Assembly: GCA_964586155.1 (NCBI GenBank)
Contig: CAZPHC010000012.1
Coordinates: 78,275 to 142,274, forward strand
Direction: 5' to 3'
DNA from: an uncultured Enterobacteriaceae bacterium
GTDB lineage: Bacteria; Myxococcota_A; UBA9042
Length of the DNA stretch: 64,000 nt
The translations under genes and the position numbers were made by a program. Shown here piece after piece: positions 1 to 10,651 of this stretch (positions within the stretch are counted from its first letter, which is position 1; every line of letters starts with the position of its first letter). Below the pieces are notes generated by a model that did not search any database, was not told where the DNA came from, and was given only the letters and a program-made list of their open reading frames with translations.

Positions 1-1237
1 AGGCCGGCGCGGTGGCCGAGACGCCCGGATCGTTGCCGCGCAGCAGCTCCTCGCCGACCGAGCTGCCCGGCGTGCTGGCCTTAACCGCGGCGTTCAGGCG
101 CGCGAGCTCGGCCATCCAGGTGTCGCTCGGGATCACCGGCACGGCCGACTTGACCTGGGCCCAGGTCACGCCGCGCTCGAGGAATTCGCGGGCGCCGCCG
201 CCGGTGACGCCGTAGGTCTGGCCCGGCTGGTTCCGCGCCACCCAGAGCGCGCTCATCATGCCGTCGAACGCGGTCGGCTTGCGCGCCTCGCGCACCCCGG
301 TGGGCTCGATCGTCAGGTCGAGCGCGCCGTCGGCGTACCACTCGGGCTGCAGCGCGCCGACGGTCATCATGTCGGCGAAGGCGACGTCGGGGTCGGCGGC
401 GCGCACGCTGACCTCGGCCGGCGAGTACCAGGTCTCGGCGCGGGCGAGCGAGGCGCTCGGCTCGGCCAGGCTCTTGGCGTCGCCGGCGTAGGTCGTGCGC
501 AGCAGGTGCTTGAGCGCCTCGAGCTTGGCCTTGTCGTCGGGCAGCAGGCCGGCGTTGGCGGCTTCGGCGGGGGTCATGCCGGCGGCCTGGGCGAGCTCGG
601 TGCGGGCCCAGGTGTCGACGATCGCCGCGCCCGCGGGCGAGAGCGCGTAGTTGTAGAGCGTGCCGACGCCGTGGGTGCGGCGCGACATCGCGGTCAGCTG
701 ATCTTCGGGCAGCTTCTGGCCCTGGAACTTGTACGGCCCGGCGGCGTTCTGCATCAGCGAGAAGATGCGCTCGCGGGCGGTCGGCGCGGTCTGGATGTCG
801 CCGGCGACCTTGCCGTAGAAGCCGGTCTTGGCGGCGCTGATGCTGCCGTCGTAGTACTGCTCGGCGTCGATGTCGGCGAACTTCTGCGTCGCGATCGGGT
901 CGCGGCTGCCGAACGACTTGACGAAGGTCTCGTCCTGCGCGGCCTCGGTGCGCCAGGCGGCGATGAGGTCGCTCCACAGAGCGCCGCGGTTGCTGGCCAG
1001 GGCCTCGACGCCGGGCTGGGTCGTCTGCTCGCGCGCGAGCTTGCGGCTCAGGGCCGAGGTGCCCTCGTCGTAGCCGGGCAGGCCGCTGTTGAGGACGCGG
1101 GCGATCTGCTCGGCCGAGGGCGGCGGGTCGCTGGCGGCGCCGTCGGTCGTCTGCGTCGGCGCTGCGGCCTCCGGGCCGGCCGGAGCGGCGCTGGTCTGGC
1201 GCTCGCGCTCGCGATCGTCTTGGTGGGTCGTCTGCAT
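1..1237 (-). CDS. Hypothetical protein, 5'-partial in window (C-terminus beyond window start); N-term MQTTHQDDRERERQTSAAPAG...
   Basis: Open frame on the minus strand reaching position 1, so it is absent from the complete-ORF track. It is the codon-aligned antisense of the G/V/A/D/E/R-rich first third of plus ORF 506..3595, which has antisense-style composition. ATG at ~1237. Composition is normal (Ala/Gly/Thr/Asp rich) and third positions are G/C rich. No family recognised. Confidence 0.45.
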   Translation of the reverse strand, partial: MQTTHQDDRERERQTSAAPAGPEAAAPTQTTDGAASDPPPSAEQIARVLNSGLPGYDEGTSALSRKLAREQTTQPGVEALASNRGALWSDLIAAWRTEAAQDETFVKSFGSRDPIATQKFADIDAEQYYDGSISAAKTGFYGKVAGDIQTAPTARERIFSLMQNAAGPYKFQGQKLPEDQLTAMSRRTHGVGTLYNYALSPAGAAIVDTWARTELAQAAGMTPAEAANAGLLPDDKAKLEALKHLLRTTYAGDAKSLAEPSASLARAETWYSPAEVSVRAADPDVAFADMMTVGALQPEWYADGALDLTIEPTGVREARKPTAFDGMMSALWVARNQPGQTYGVTGGGAREFLERGVTWAQVKSAVPVIPSDTWMAELARLNAAVKASTPGSSVGEELLRGNDPGVSATAPA

Positions 1238-1654
1238 CGCCGCCTCCACGGCACCAGCCGATCTGGCTCGCCGTCTCCGTCACACCGGCCCACGATCGCC
1301 AAGTGGCTGCCATCGCGCAAGTCTTTCGGCGCGCCGCCGGCTTGCGCTGGGGTACGGGGGCTCCGGCGGGGCGCTGCGCGCGGCTACGCCAAGAACGCAG
1401 CGATCGCAGGGCCTTCGAGTCTCGCACCCCGGCCAGCCCTCGGGCACGGCAGGCGCCGGCGCCCGGCCGGGCTCCGCGCTCGTCTTGATCCAGCTCCTCG
1501 TTCGTCGCGACACCGTGACCCCGCCGGTGCCGGGCCGACGCCCGCGACCCGCGGCGCTGCGACGTCGAGCTTGACGCAAGCGCGCGGGGAAGCAGACCCT
1601 GACGAGCGCGAGATCGTCGCCCCTCCTCACCTCCTGCCATCGGATCGCCGCCTC

Positions 1655-3595
<1,941 letters not shown>

Positions 3596-3614
3596 CGGCG
3601 GCAGAGAGCGCGCG

Positions 3615-4196
3615 ATGCTCGACCTCCACCTGCAGACCGAGCGCCTCGACGTGGTCGCTGTGCGGCCGAGCGACGCGATCGAGCTCGCCACGCTGCATCG
3701 CGTCGACGCGGCGCACTTCGCGCCGTGGGATCCGCCGCGCCCGGCGGGCTGGTCGACCGAGGTCTTCTGGGCCGCGACGATCGAGCGGTCGATGCGCGAC
3801 GAGCAGGCGGGCGTCGGCATGCGCCTGGCCATCCGTCTGCGCGAGGATGACGCGCTGATCGGCACCATCGGCTTGCAGCCGATCGAGCGCGGCCCGTTCC
3901 AGAACGCCCGCCTCGGCTACAAGCTGGGCTCGGCCCACGAGGGCCGCGGCCTGATGCGCGAGGCCCTGACCGCCCTGCTCGACGCCTGCTTCGGCCCGCT
4001 GCAGCTGCACCGCGTCGAGGCGAACCACATGCCCGAGAACCTGCGCTCGGCGGCCCTGCTCGACGCGCTCGGCTTCGAGCGGCACGGCGTCGCCACGGCG
4101 TACCTGCAGATCGGCCCGGACGGCCGCTTCCGCGACCATGTGCTGCGCAGCACGCGGGCAGAGCGTTGGCGGCAGCGCGTGGCGATCGCGTCGTGA
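3615..4196 (+). CDS. GNAT family N-acetyltransferase (RimJ/RimL-like)
   Basis: 193 aa. Typical RimJ-like N-terminus (LxTERLxLR), acetyl-CoA binding core (QPIERGPFQNARLGYKLGSAHEGRGLMREAL) and the GFERHGV motif near the C-terminus. Confidence 0.8.
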   Translation: MLDLHLQTERLDVVAVRPSDAIELATLHRVDAAHFAPWDPPRPAGWSTEVFWAATIERSMRDEQAGVGMRLAIRLREDDALIGTIGLQPIERGPFQNARLGYKLGSAHEGRGLMREALTALLDACFGPLQLHRVEANHMPENLRSAALLDALGFERHGVATAYLQIGPDGRFRDHVLRSTRAERWRQRVAIAS

Positions 4197-4361
4197 GCGG
4201 CCACCGCGTCGCGGCGTCGGCGTCGGCGCCGGCGGCTGGGGCGGGCGCTCGCACGGCGCTGCGGCGCGGCGCGAGATCTTCGACCCCAGCGACGCGACAC
4301 GGCCTCGAACGTTGCAGCGGGCACGACTCTGCGCCGGGCGACGGGCGACGGCAAGCCAGCA

Positions 4362-4417
4362 TTGACAGGCGGGGCGCCGCGGCCGCTTGATGGGCGACCG
4401 GCGCCGCTCGACAGGCG
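4362..4417 (+). promoter_or_regulatory. Three imperfect direct repeats TTGACAGGCG, TTGATGGGCG, TCGACAGGCG (spacing 25 and 21 bp), each followed by a GGCGCCGC-like tail, 28 bp upstream of the thpR ATG
   Basis: Read directly from the sequence. The first repeat also fits a -35 TTGACA hexamer. Confidence 0.4.
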
Positions 4418-4444
4418 CCGCCCCCCGGGACAGCCGGGCCCACC

Positions 4445-4996
4445 ATGCCGCAGCGATTGTTCTTCGCGCTCGCCCTGCCCGACGAGGTCGCCAGCGAGCT
4501 CTCGACCCTGCAATGGGGCCCCAGCGGCGCCCGCTGGACGCTGCCCGATCAGCTGCACCTGACGCTGCGCTTCGTCGGCGAGACGCCCGACGCGACCGTG
4601 ATGCGCTGGCGATCGGAGCTGACCGAGCTCGACGCGCCACCGCTGCGGCTGCAGCTGCAGGGGGTCGGCTTCTTTCCGCCGCGTGGCTCGGCGCGGGTGC
4701 TCTGGGCCGGCGTCCGCGACGACACCGGGCTGCAGGCGCTGCGGCGCACGCTCGACCGCCGCCTTTCGAAGCTGGGTCTGCCGCCGAGCGGCGAGCGCTT
4801 GCGGCCGCACGTGACGCTCGGCCGGCTACGCCACAGCGACGACGACGAGGTCGCGGCCTGGCTGACCGAGCACGGCCTGATGCGCAGCGCGCCGTTCACC
4901 GTCCACAGCGTCCGCTTGATGCGCAGCACGCCTGGGCCGGCGGGCTCGGAGTACGCGGTGGTCGGCAACGTCGCGCTCAGGGGCGAGGCGCGGTAG
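4445..4996 (+). CDS. thpR: RNA 2',3'-cyclic phosphodiesterase (2H phosphoesterase, ThpR/LigT family)
   Basis: 183 aa. Two H-x-T-L motifs (HLTLRF and HVTLGR) at the spacing expected for the 2H superfamily. N-terminus FFALALPDEV is typical of LigT. Confidence 0.8.
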   Translation: MPQRLFFALALPDEVASELSTLQWGPSGARWTLPDQLHLTLRFVGETPDATVMRWRSELTELDAPPLRLQLQGVGFFPPRGSARVLWAGVRDDTGLQALRRTLDRRLSKLGLPPSGERLRPHVTLGRLRHSDDDEVAAWLTEHGLMRSAPFTVHSVRLMRSTPGPAGSEYAVVGNVALRGEAR

Positions 4997-5040
4997 GCCC
5001 CCTGCCGTTCGGACGGCGGCTGCGCTAGCATCGGCGGCCC

Positions 5041-6489
5041 ATGCTCTTCTCCTCGACGCTGTTCTTGTTCCTGTTCCTGCCGATCGTGCTCGGCGTCGGC
5101 ACGTTGCTGCCCAAGCTGCTGCGCAACGCCTGGCTGCTGCTGGCGAGCTTGCTGTTCTACGCCTGGGGCGAGCCCAAGCTCGTCTGGGTGATGCTGCTGT
5201 CGATCGCGGGGAACTACGGCTTCGGCTTGTGGATCGCGCAGGTCCGCGGCACGCCGGCCGGCAGGTGGGTCTTGGGCCTGGCGGTGGCGAGCAACCTCGC
5301 GCTGCTGGCGACCTTCAAATACGCGGCGTTCGCCACCGAGAACCTCGATCTGCTGCTGCGGGCGACGGGGCTGCCGGAGCTGCCGGTGCCGGAGATCGTG
5401 ATGCCGCTCGGCATCTCGTTCTTCACCTTCCACGCGATGTCGTACGTCATCGACGTGCACCGCGGCGACGCCAAGGTCCAGCGCAACCTGCTCGACCTGG
5501 CGCTCTACGTCACGCTCTTCCCGCAGCTGATCGCGGGCCCGATCTTGCGCTACCACGACGTCGCCTGGCAGCTGGCCGGGCGGCAGCTGACGCGGGCCGG
5601 GTTCGCCTACGGCATCCAGCGCTTCGTGCTCGGCCTGGGCAAGAAGGTGCTGATCGCCAACACGCTGGCGCTGCCCTGCGACCGCATCTTCGCCCTGCCC
5701 GCCGACGAGCTCTCGCTGGCCACGGCCTGGCTCGGCATCCTGACCTACACCGGCCAGATCTACTTCGACTTCTCGGGCTACTCGGACATGGCGATCGGCC
5801 TGGGCCACATGCTCGGTTTCTCGTTCCCCGAGAACTTCCAATGGCCCTACGCCTCGCGCAGCGTGCGCGAGTTCTGGCGCCGCTGGCATATCTCGCTCTC
5901 GACCTGGTTCCGCGACTACCTCTACATCCCGCTCGGCGGCAACCGTGGCTCCGAGCTGCGCACCGCCAGCAACCTCATGATCGTGTTCGTGCTCTGCGGC
6001 TTCTGGCACGGCGCGGCGTGGACCTTCCTCGCTTGGGGCCTGTACCACGGCGCGTTCCTGGCGTTGGAACGCACGCGCTGGGCGCGCTGGCTCGAGTGGC
6101 TGCCGCGGCCGCTGCAGCACGGCTACGCGGTGCTCGTCGCGATGGGCGGCTGGGTGCTGTTCCGCGCCTCGGACCTGCCGCATGCGCTGGCCTACTTCGC
6201 CGCGCTGGCCGGCCAGGGCGGCAAGCCCGAGGCGTGGCCGGTCGGGCAATACCTGACGCGCGACGTGCTGCTGGGGCTGGTCGCCGGGGTGATCGGCGCG
6301 GCGCCGACCTTCGATTGGGCGCTGGCGCGGGCACGGCGCGGCGTCGGCTCCTGGCCGCGGCCGATCGCGCTGCTGGCCCGTGGATTCGGCCCGATCGCGG
6401 CGATCGCGGCGCTGCTGACCATCCTGGTCGCCTGCTCGGTCATGTTGGCCGCGCAGACCCACAACCCCTTCATCTACTTTCGGTTCTAG
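5041..6489 (+). CDS. algI: MBOAT family membrane-bound O-acyltransferase (AlgI/DltB-like)
   Basis: 482 aa polytopic membrane protein. MBOAT signature region FWRRWHISLSTWFRDYLYIPLGGNRGS with the conserved His. Followed at a 4-nt gap by an AlgJ/AlgX-like gene. Confidence 0.85.
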   Translation: MLFSSTLFLFLFLPIVLGVGTLLPKLLRNAWLLLASLLFYAWGEPKLVWVMLLSIAGNYGFGLWIAQVRGTPAGRWVLGLAVASNLALLATFKYAAFATENLDLLLRATGLPELPVPEIVMPLGISFFTFHAMSYVIDVHRGDAKVQRNLLDLALYVTLFPQLIAGPILRYHDVAWQLAGRQLTRAGFAYGIQRFVLGLGKKVLIANTLALPCDRIFALPADELSLATAWLGILTYTGQIYFDFSGYSDMAIGLGHMLGFSFPENFQWPYASRSVREFWRRWHISLSTWFRDYLYIPLGGNRGSELRTASNLMIVFVLCGFWHGAAWTFLAWGLYHGAFLALERTRWARWLEWLPRPLQHGYAVLVAMGGWVLFRASDLPHALAYFAALAGQGGKPEAWPVGQYLTRDVLLGLVAGVIGAAPTFDWALARARRGVGSWPRPIALLARGFGPIAAIAALLTILVACSVMLAAQTHNPFIYFRF

Positions 6490-6492
6490 CGC

Positions 6493-7686
6493 ATGAGTCG
6501 ACGTCGCAGCCCTGTCGCGCCCGCCGCAGCCGTCGCCACCGCCGCGTCCACGTTGGCGCATGCAGGCGACGCGCGGCGCACGCCGGCCAGCTCGCCGCTG
6601 CCGCCGTGGGCGCAGTGGGTGCTGATCGGGCTGTTCGCGTTGGCGACCGTGCTGCCGATGGCCGACCGCTGGTGGGGCTTCGACCCGACGCCGGCGCCCA
6701 ACGAGAACCGCCACTTCGCCGAGCCGGCGACGACGCCGACGACGCTGGACGAGGTCTTCGCCTTCCCGGCTGCGTACGAGGCCTGGTTCAAGGACCACTT
6801 CGGCCTGCGCTCGACGCTGATCCATTGGCATGCGGCGCTGATGCTGGACGGCTTTGGCGTCTCGCCGACGCCGAGCGTGCTGATCGGCGACCAGGGCTGG
6901 CTCTACCTGGGCAAGAACAAGGCGGTCGACGCGTATCGCTGCGTCTTCCCCTACACCGAGGCGGCGCTCGACTACGAGGCCAAGGAGGTGCGCGAGCACC
7001 GCGACTGGCTGCAGCAGCGCGGCATCGCCTACCTGCACGTCTGGGCGCCGCTCAAGCACACGGTCTACCCGGAGCACCTGCCGTCGTGGGTGCAGCGCTC
7101 GGGCGGGCCGTGCCGGCTGGACCAATGGCTGCAGCGGATGCAGCGCGAGGGCTTGCCGGTGTTGGATCTGCGGCCTTCGCAGCGGCAGGCCAAGGCCGAG
7201 GGCCTCGCCTACCACCTGACCGATACGCATTGGAACCCGCGCGGCGCCTACCACGGCTACCGCGCCATCGTCGAGGCGTTGCGGACGGCGTTCCCGGCCC
7301 TGCAGCCGCTGCCGCCGCAGCGTGTGCGCTACCGCGAGGCCGACGTGCTCGGTGGCGACCTGGCGCGGCTGATGGACCTGGCCGAGCGCTACCGCGGGCC
7401 GACGGTGTTCTCGGACATCGTGCAGCCGCGCTGCCGTGAGGCGGGCCTGAACGGCCTGACGCGGCCCAAGGGCATCAAGCTCGAGGCGTTCGCCTGTGGC
7501 CACGGGCCGAAGATCGTGATGCTGCACGACTCGTTCGGCAACGCGTTGATCCCGTATCTGGCGCAGACGGCGGGGCGGCTGCTGACGGCCGAGTTCGCCA
7601 ACTTCGACAAGGAGTTGATCGAGCACGAGAAGCCGGACGTGGTCATCGAGGTCCACCTCGAACGGCAGCTGCAGCCCGATCGCTGA
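6493..7686 (+). CDS. AlgX/AlgJ-like (DHHW-type) SGNH-fold O-acetyltransferase partner of MBOAT
   Basis: 397 aa with an N-terminal signal/anchor. DHHW-like motif (MLHDSFGN) and the usual placement immediately downstream of an MBOAT gene (AlgI-AlgJ or PatA-PatB arrangement). Confidence 0.6.
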   Translation: MSRRRSPVAPAAAVATAASTLAHAGDARRTPASSPLPPWAQWVLIGLFALATVLPMADRWWGFDPTPAPNENRHFAEPATTPTTLDEVFAFPAAYEAWFKDHFGLRSTLIHWHAALMLDGFGVSPTPSVLIGDQGWLYLGKNKAVDAYRCVFPYTEAALDYEAKEVREHRDWLQQRGIAYLHVWAPLKHTVYPEHLPSWVQRSGGPCRLDQWLQRMQREGLPVLDLRPSQRQAKAEGLAYHLTDTHWNPRGAYHGYRAIVEALRTAFPALQPLPPQRVRYREADVLGGDLARLMDLAERYRGPTVFSDIVQPRCREAGLNGLTRPKGIKLEAFACGHGPKIVMLHDSFGNALIPYLAQTAGRLLTAEFANFDKELIEHEKPDVVIEVHLERQLQPDR

Positions 7687-7707
7687 GGCCGCGATCCAGG
7701 AGAAGCG

Positions 7708-8190
7708 ATGACGACCCGCCCCGACCATGCCAGCGACGCCGAGGCGATGGCCTTGGTGGCTCGGCTCGGCCTGCAGCCGCACCCCGAGGGCGGCTTCTTC
7801 CGCGAGACGTGGCGCGATGTGCCGGCCGACGGCGGCCGCGGCGCGGGCACGGCGATCCTGTTCCTGCTGCGGGCCTTCGAGGTCTCGCGCTGGCATCGCG
7901 TCGACGCCGCCGAGATCTGGCACGCCTACGCCGGGGCACCGGCGACGTTGCAGATCGCCACCGACGCCGGCGAAGCGTCGCAGGTCGTGCTCGGCGCCGA
8001 CCTCGCGTCGGGGCAGCAGCCGCAAACCATCGTGCCGCCGCACGCCTGGCAGCAGACCCTGGCCGGCGATGGCTGGGCGCTGTTTGGCTGCACCGTCAGC
8101 CCGGCGTTCGAGTTCGCAGGCTTCGAGATGGCGGCGCCGGACTTCGTGCCGCCGGGGTTCGCGGACGGCCGCGCCAGGACGGTGCGCTAG
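7708..8190 (+). CDS. Cupin-fold protein, DUF985 family
   Basis: 160 aa. Cupin motifs and DUF985-like N-terminus (LGLQPHPEGGFFRETWR). RBS AGGAGA 6 nt upstream. Last gene of the thpR-MBOAT run. Confidence 0.65.
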   Translation: MTTRPDHASDAEAMALVARLGLQPHPEGGFFRETWRDVPADGGRGAGTAILFLLRAFEVSRWHRVDAAEIWHAYAGAPATLQIATDAGEASQVVLGADLASGQQPQTIVPPHAWQQTLAGDGWALFGCTVSPAFEFAGFEMAAPDFVPPGFADGRARTVR

Positions 8191-8223
8191 GCGTTTGCCA
8201 GCGCATGCTGCGTCTTTCGACGA

Positions 8224-9144
8224 TCAGCCTGCCAGCACGGCCTCAACGTCGACGCTGCCGGCGTAGACCCGCCGCGTCGGGCCGCGCATCGTGCCGCGAC
8301 CGTCGGCGTCGGCGGTCAGCGTCAGCCAGCCGCCCGGCAGCCGCGCCCGCACCGGCCGCGACGCCGGCAGCCGGCCGGTGCGCACCCCGGCGATGACAGC
8401 CGCGGTGGCGCCGGTGCCGCAGGCCTGGGTCCAGCCACAGCCGCGCTCGTAGACGTCGATCTGCAGCCGCGGCGTGCCGTCGGCGTCGGCCGGCAGCAGG
8501 GCGCAGAACTCGGCGTTGACCCGCGCCGGGAAGCGCGGATGCCGCTCGAGCAGCGGCCCCAGGCGCAGCCGCGTCGCCTCGTCGAGCACGTCGAAGCTCA
8601 CCGCGTGCGGGTTGCCGATCGACAGCGCCGTCAGGTGCAGCGTGACGCCGCCGACCTCGAACGGGGCGTCGATCTGGGCCGCGTCGGCCAGGACCGGCAC
8701 CGCGGCGGGCTCGTAGGCGCCGACGCCCATCGCCACCTCGACCTCGGCGATGCGCCCGTGGCCGTCGCGGACCACGCCGCAGCGCAGCCGGCCGGCGTCG
8801 GTGTCGACCTCGCCGACCTCTCGATCAGCGCGCGATCCCGGGCCGATCGTGCCGAGATCTCCGCCTCCGGTCTCGAGCGGCCGCCACAGCCCGTGGTCGT
8901 CGAGCCATTGCACGAAGCAGCGCAGGCCGTTGCCGCACATCTCGGGCACCGAGCCGTCGGCGTTGACCACGCGCATCCGCGGCAGCGGGCCGGGCAGCAG
9001 CAGCAGCAGGCCGTCGGCGCCGATGCCGCGGTGGCGGTCGCACAGCGCCGGGGCGGCGGCGGTCAGCGCGGCGACGTCGAGCGCGCGGGCGTCGATGAGG
9101 GCGAAGTCGTTGCCGAGGCCGTGGTGCTTGACGAAGGGCAACAC
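8224..9144 (-). CDS. dapF: Diaminopimelate epimerase
   Basis: Strong DapF match from FVKHHGLGNDFALID through the two catalytic Cys regions (EMCGNGLRCF and ACGTGA). The listed ORF runs to 9405, but its 85-aa Pro/Arg-rich N-terminal extension is probably not translated. The GTG at ~9144 (or the TTG 3 nt later) gives a start homologous to E. coli MQFSKMHGLGNDF. Confidence 0.8.
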   Translation of the reverse strand: MLPFVKHHGLGNDFALIDARALDVAALTAAAPALCDRHRGIGADGLLLLLPGPLPRMRVVNADGSVPEMCGNGLRCFVQWLDDHGLWRPLETGGGDLGTIGPGSRADREVGEVDTDAGRLRCGVVRDGHGRIAEVEVAMGVGAYEPAAVPVLADAAQIDAPFEVGGVTLHLTALSIGNPHAVSFDVLDEATRLRLGPLLERHPRFPARVNAEFCALLPADADGTPRLQIDVYERGCGWTQACGTGATAAVIAGVRTGRLPASRPVRARLPGGWLTLTADADGRGTMRGPTRRVYAGSVDVEAVLAG

Positions 9145-9415
9145 GCCGAGGGTCGTGGCGCTCGGCGCTGGCTGCGGGTTCGACACGGCGACTCCTGCTG
9201 TGGCCGCGCGTGGCGCAGGCGGCGGCGATGGTAGCGAGCGGCGGGGCGGCGGCGCAATGCGAGCAGGCGCAGGTCGCCCAGAGCGCGGTTGGCGCCCGGC
9301 GACGACACGGTGGACCTCTGGCGTCGCCGCGCCGCCTGGACGAGGCGAGCTGTCCGCGTCGCGCGAAGCCGGCCGCGACCTCGCGCAGCCCGACGCGGGC
9401 CCCACGGCGCTGACC

Positions 9416-10651
9416 TCAGCGCAGGCGCACGGCGCGGACGCGGTGGTTGTGGGTATCGGCGATGAAGAGCCGGCCGTCGCCGCCGATCGCGACGCCGTAG
9501 GGGCGGTTGAGCCGGGCCGAGGTGGCAGGGCCGCGATCGCCGCTGCTGCCGCGCTGGCCGCAGACGCCCGCGACCGTGCGGATGACGCCGCCGGGCGCGA
9601 TCACGCGCACGCAGTCGTGGTCGCGATCGGCGACGTAGACGCTGCCGTCGGCGTCGATCGCCACGTCCGACGGCGAGGCGAGCCGCGCCGACGTCGCCGG
9701 GCCGCCGTCGCCCAACGGCGCCGTCGCGGTCGCCGGAGCGTCGGCCACCGTCGGGCCGCTGCCGGCGACGGTGGTCACGACGCCGTCCGGGCCGAGGCGG
9801 CGGACGCGGTGGTTGTCGGTGTCGGCGAGGTAGAGCGCGCCGTCGGGGCCAAAGGCGATGCCTCCGGCCGGGACCGCCGAGTTGCCCGCGGGCAGGGCGA
9901 TGCGCGCCGACGACGCCGGGCCGCCGTCGCCGGCGAAGCCGGGCGCGAGCACGACGCCGACGCAGCTGGCGCCGACGCAGGGCGCACCATCCTTGGGACC
10001 GAGGATGGTCACGAAGCTGCCGTCCGGCTGGACGCAGCGCACACGCTGGTTGCCGGCCTCGCTCAAGCAGAGCCGCCCGTCCGGGGCCAGCGCCAGCTTC
10101 GACGGCAGGTAGACCGCAGCCGTCGCGGCCTTGGCGCCGTCCGGGGCGAAGCCGACCTCGCCGCTGCCCACCGCGACGCTGAGCTTGCCGGCCGCGTCGA
10201 CCGCGCCGACGGCGTCGTCGTGCCAGAGCGCGACGTAGACGCGGGCCGCGCCCGGAGCGCCGCCCCCAGACGCGAAGACGACGTCGGTCGGGTGGTAGAT
10301 CGCGGCCTCGCGGGCGTCGGTGTCGCTGCCCTGCGGCAGCCCGTCGCCGAGCGCGCCGCTGCCGATGAACGGCCTGGCCCGCCCCGCCGCGTCGATCTGC
10401 AGCACGCGGTGGTTGTTCCAGTCGACGACGTAGACGCCGCCGGACGGATCGAGGCCGACGTCCATCGGCAGGTAGAGCGAGCCCTCGCGCGCGTCGACGC
10501 CCAGCCCACCGAGGCCCGGGTCGCCGTCGCCGGCGACGGTGCAGAGCACGCCGACGGCGTCGCAGGCCGCGTCGGGGTCGTCGTCGTCGCTGCAGGACGC
10601 CACGAGCGCAGCGGCCATGAGCCAGGTCACGAGGCGGCGGCGCTGCGACAT
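9416..10651 (-). CDS. NHL-repeat lipoprotein (six-bladed beta-propeller), paralogue 1 of 3
   Basis: Internal ATG (MSQRRRLVTWLMAAALVASC) gives a lipoprotein signal. Repeated NHL blades (YxPxxVAxDxxGxxYVADxxNHRVRR). The start overlaps the stop of the upstream gene by 1 nt (TGATG). Confidence 0.75.
   Translation of the reverse strand: MSQRRRLVTWLMAAALVASCSDDDDPDAACDAVGVLCTVAGDGDPGLGGLGVDAREGSLYLPMDVGLDPSGGVYVVDWNNHRVLQIDAAGRARPFIGSGALGDGLPQGSDTDAREAAIYHPTDVVFASGGGAPGAARVYVALWHDDAVGAVDAAGKLSVAVGSGEVGFAPDGAKAATAAVYLPSKLALAPDGRLCLSEAGNQRVRCVQPDGSFVTILGPKDGAPCVGASCVGVVLAPGFAGDGGPASSARIALPAGNSAVPAGGIAFGPDGALYLADTDNHRVRRLGPDGVVTTVAGSGPTVADAPATATAPLGDGGPATSARLASPSDVAIDADGSVYVADRDHDCVRVIAPGGVIRTVAGVCGQRGSSGDRGPATSARLNRPYGVAIGGDGRLFIADTHNHRVRAVRLR

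Noticed and set aside
1141-1201. An apparent single-nucleotide inconsistency between my reading of the printed sequence and the ORF-track translations. Around 1141/1201 the track implies ...ggcgcCgtcgg... and ...tggcgctcgcg..., while I read one base fewer and one base more.
   Set aside because: This is most likely a reading error on my side. The ORF track is internally consistent across three frames, so I treated it as authoritative and did not call a frameshift or pseudogene.
81-1640. A 519-aa Arg-rich minus-strand ORF, plus many similar long ORFs in the track (for example 2203..3858, 3471..4640, 4549..8043 minus, 9063..12131 minus, 22873..24675 N-terminal part).
   Set aside because: Extreme Arg/Pro/Ala/Gly composition with no hydrophobic core. 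These are +1-shifted or antisense frames of real genes in a ~70% GC genome. A better candidate with normal composition and recognisable motifs exists in the same interval.
506-1654. The first 383 codons of plus ORF 506..3595 (MLERLELGLVVGQQ...).
   Set aside because: The G/V/A/D/E/R-rich composition is typical of the codon-aligned antisense of a GC-rich gene. The real gene here is the minus-strand partial ORF 1..1237. The lipoprotein starts at the internal ATG 1655, which has a proper signal peptide.
9145-9405. An 85-aa Pro/Arg/Ser-rich N-terminal extension of dapF in the listed ORF.
   Set aside because: Low complexity and no homology to DapF N-termini. The conserved MxFxKxHGLGNDF start aligns to the GTG/TTG codons at about 9144/9141.
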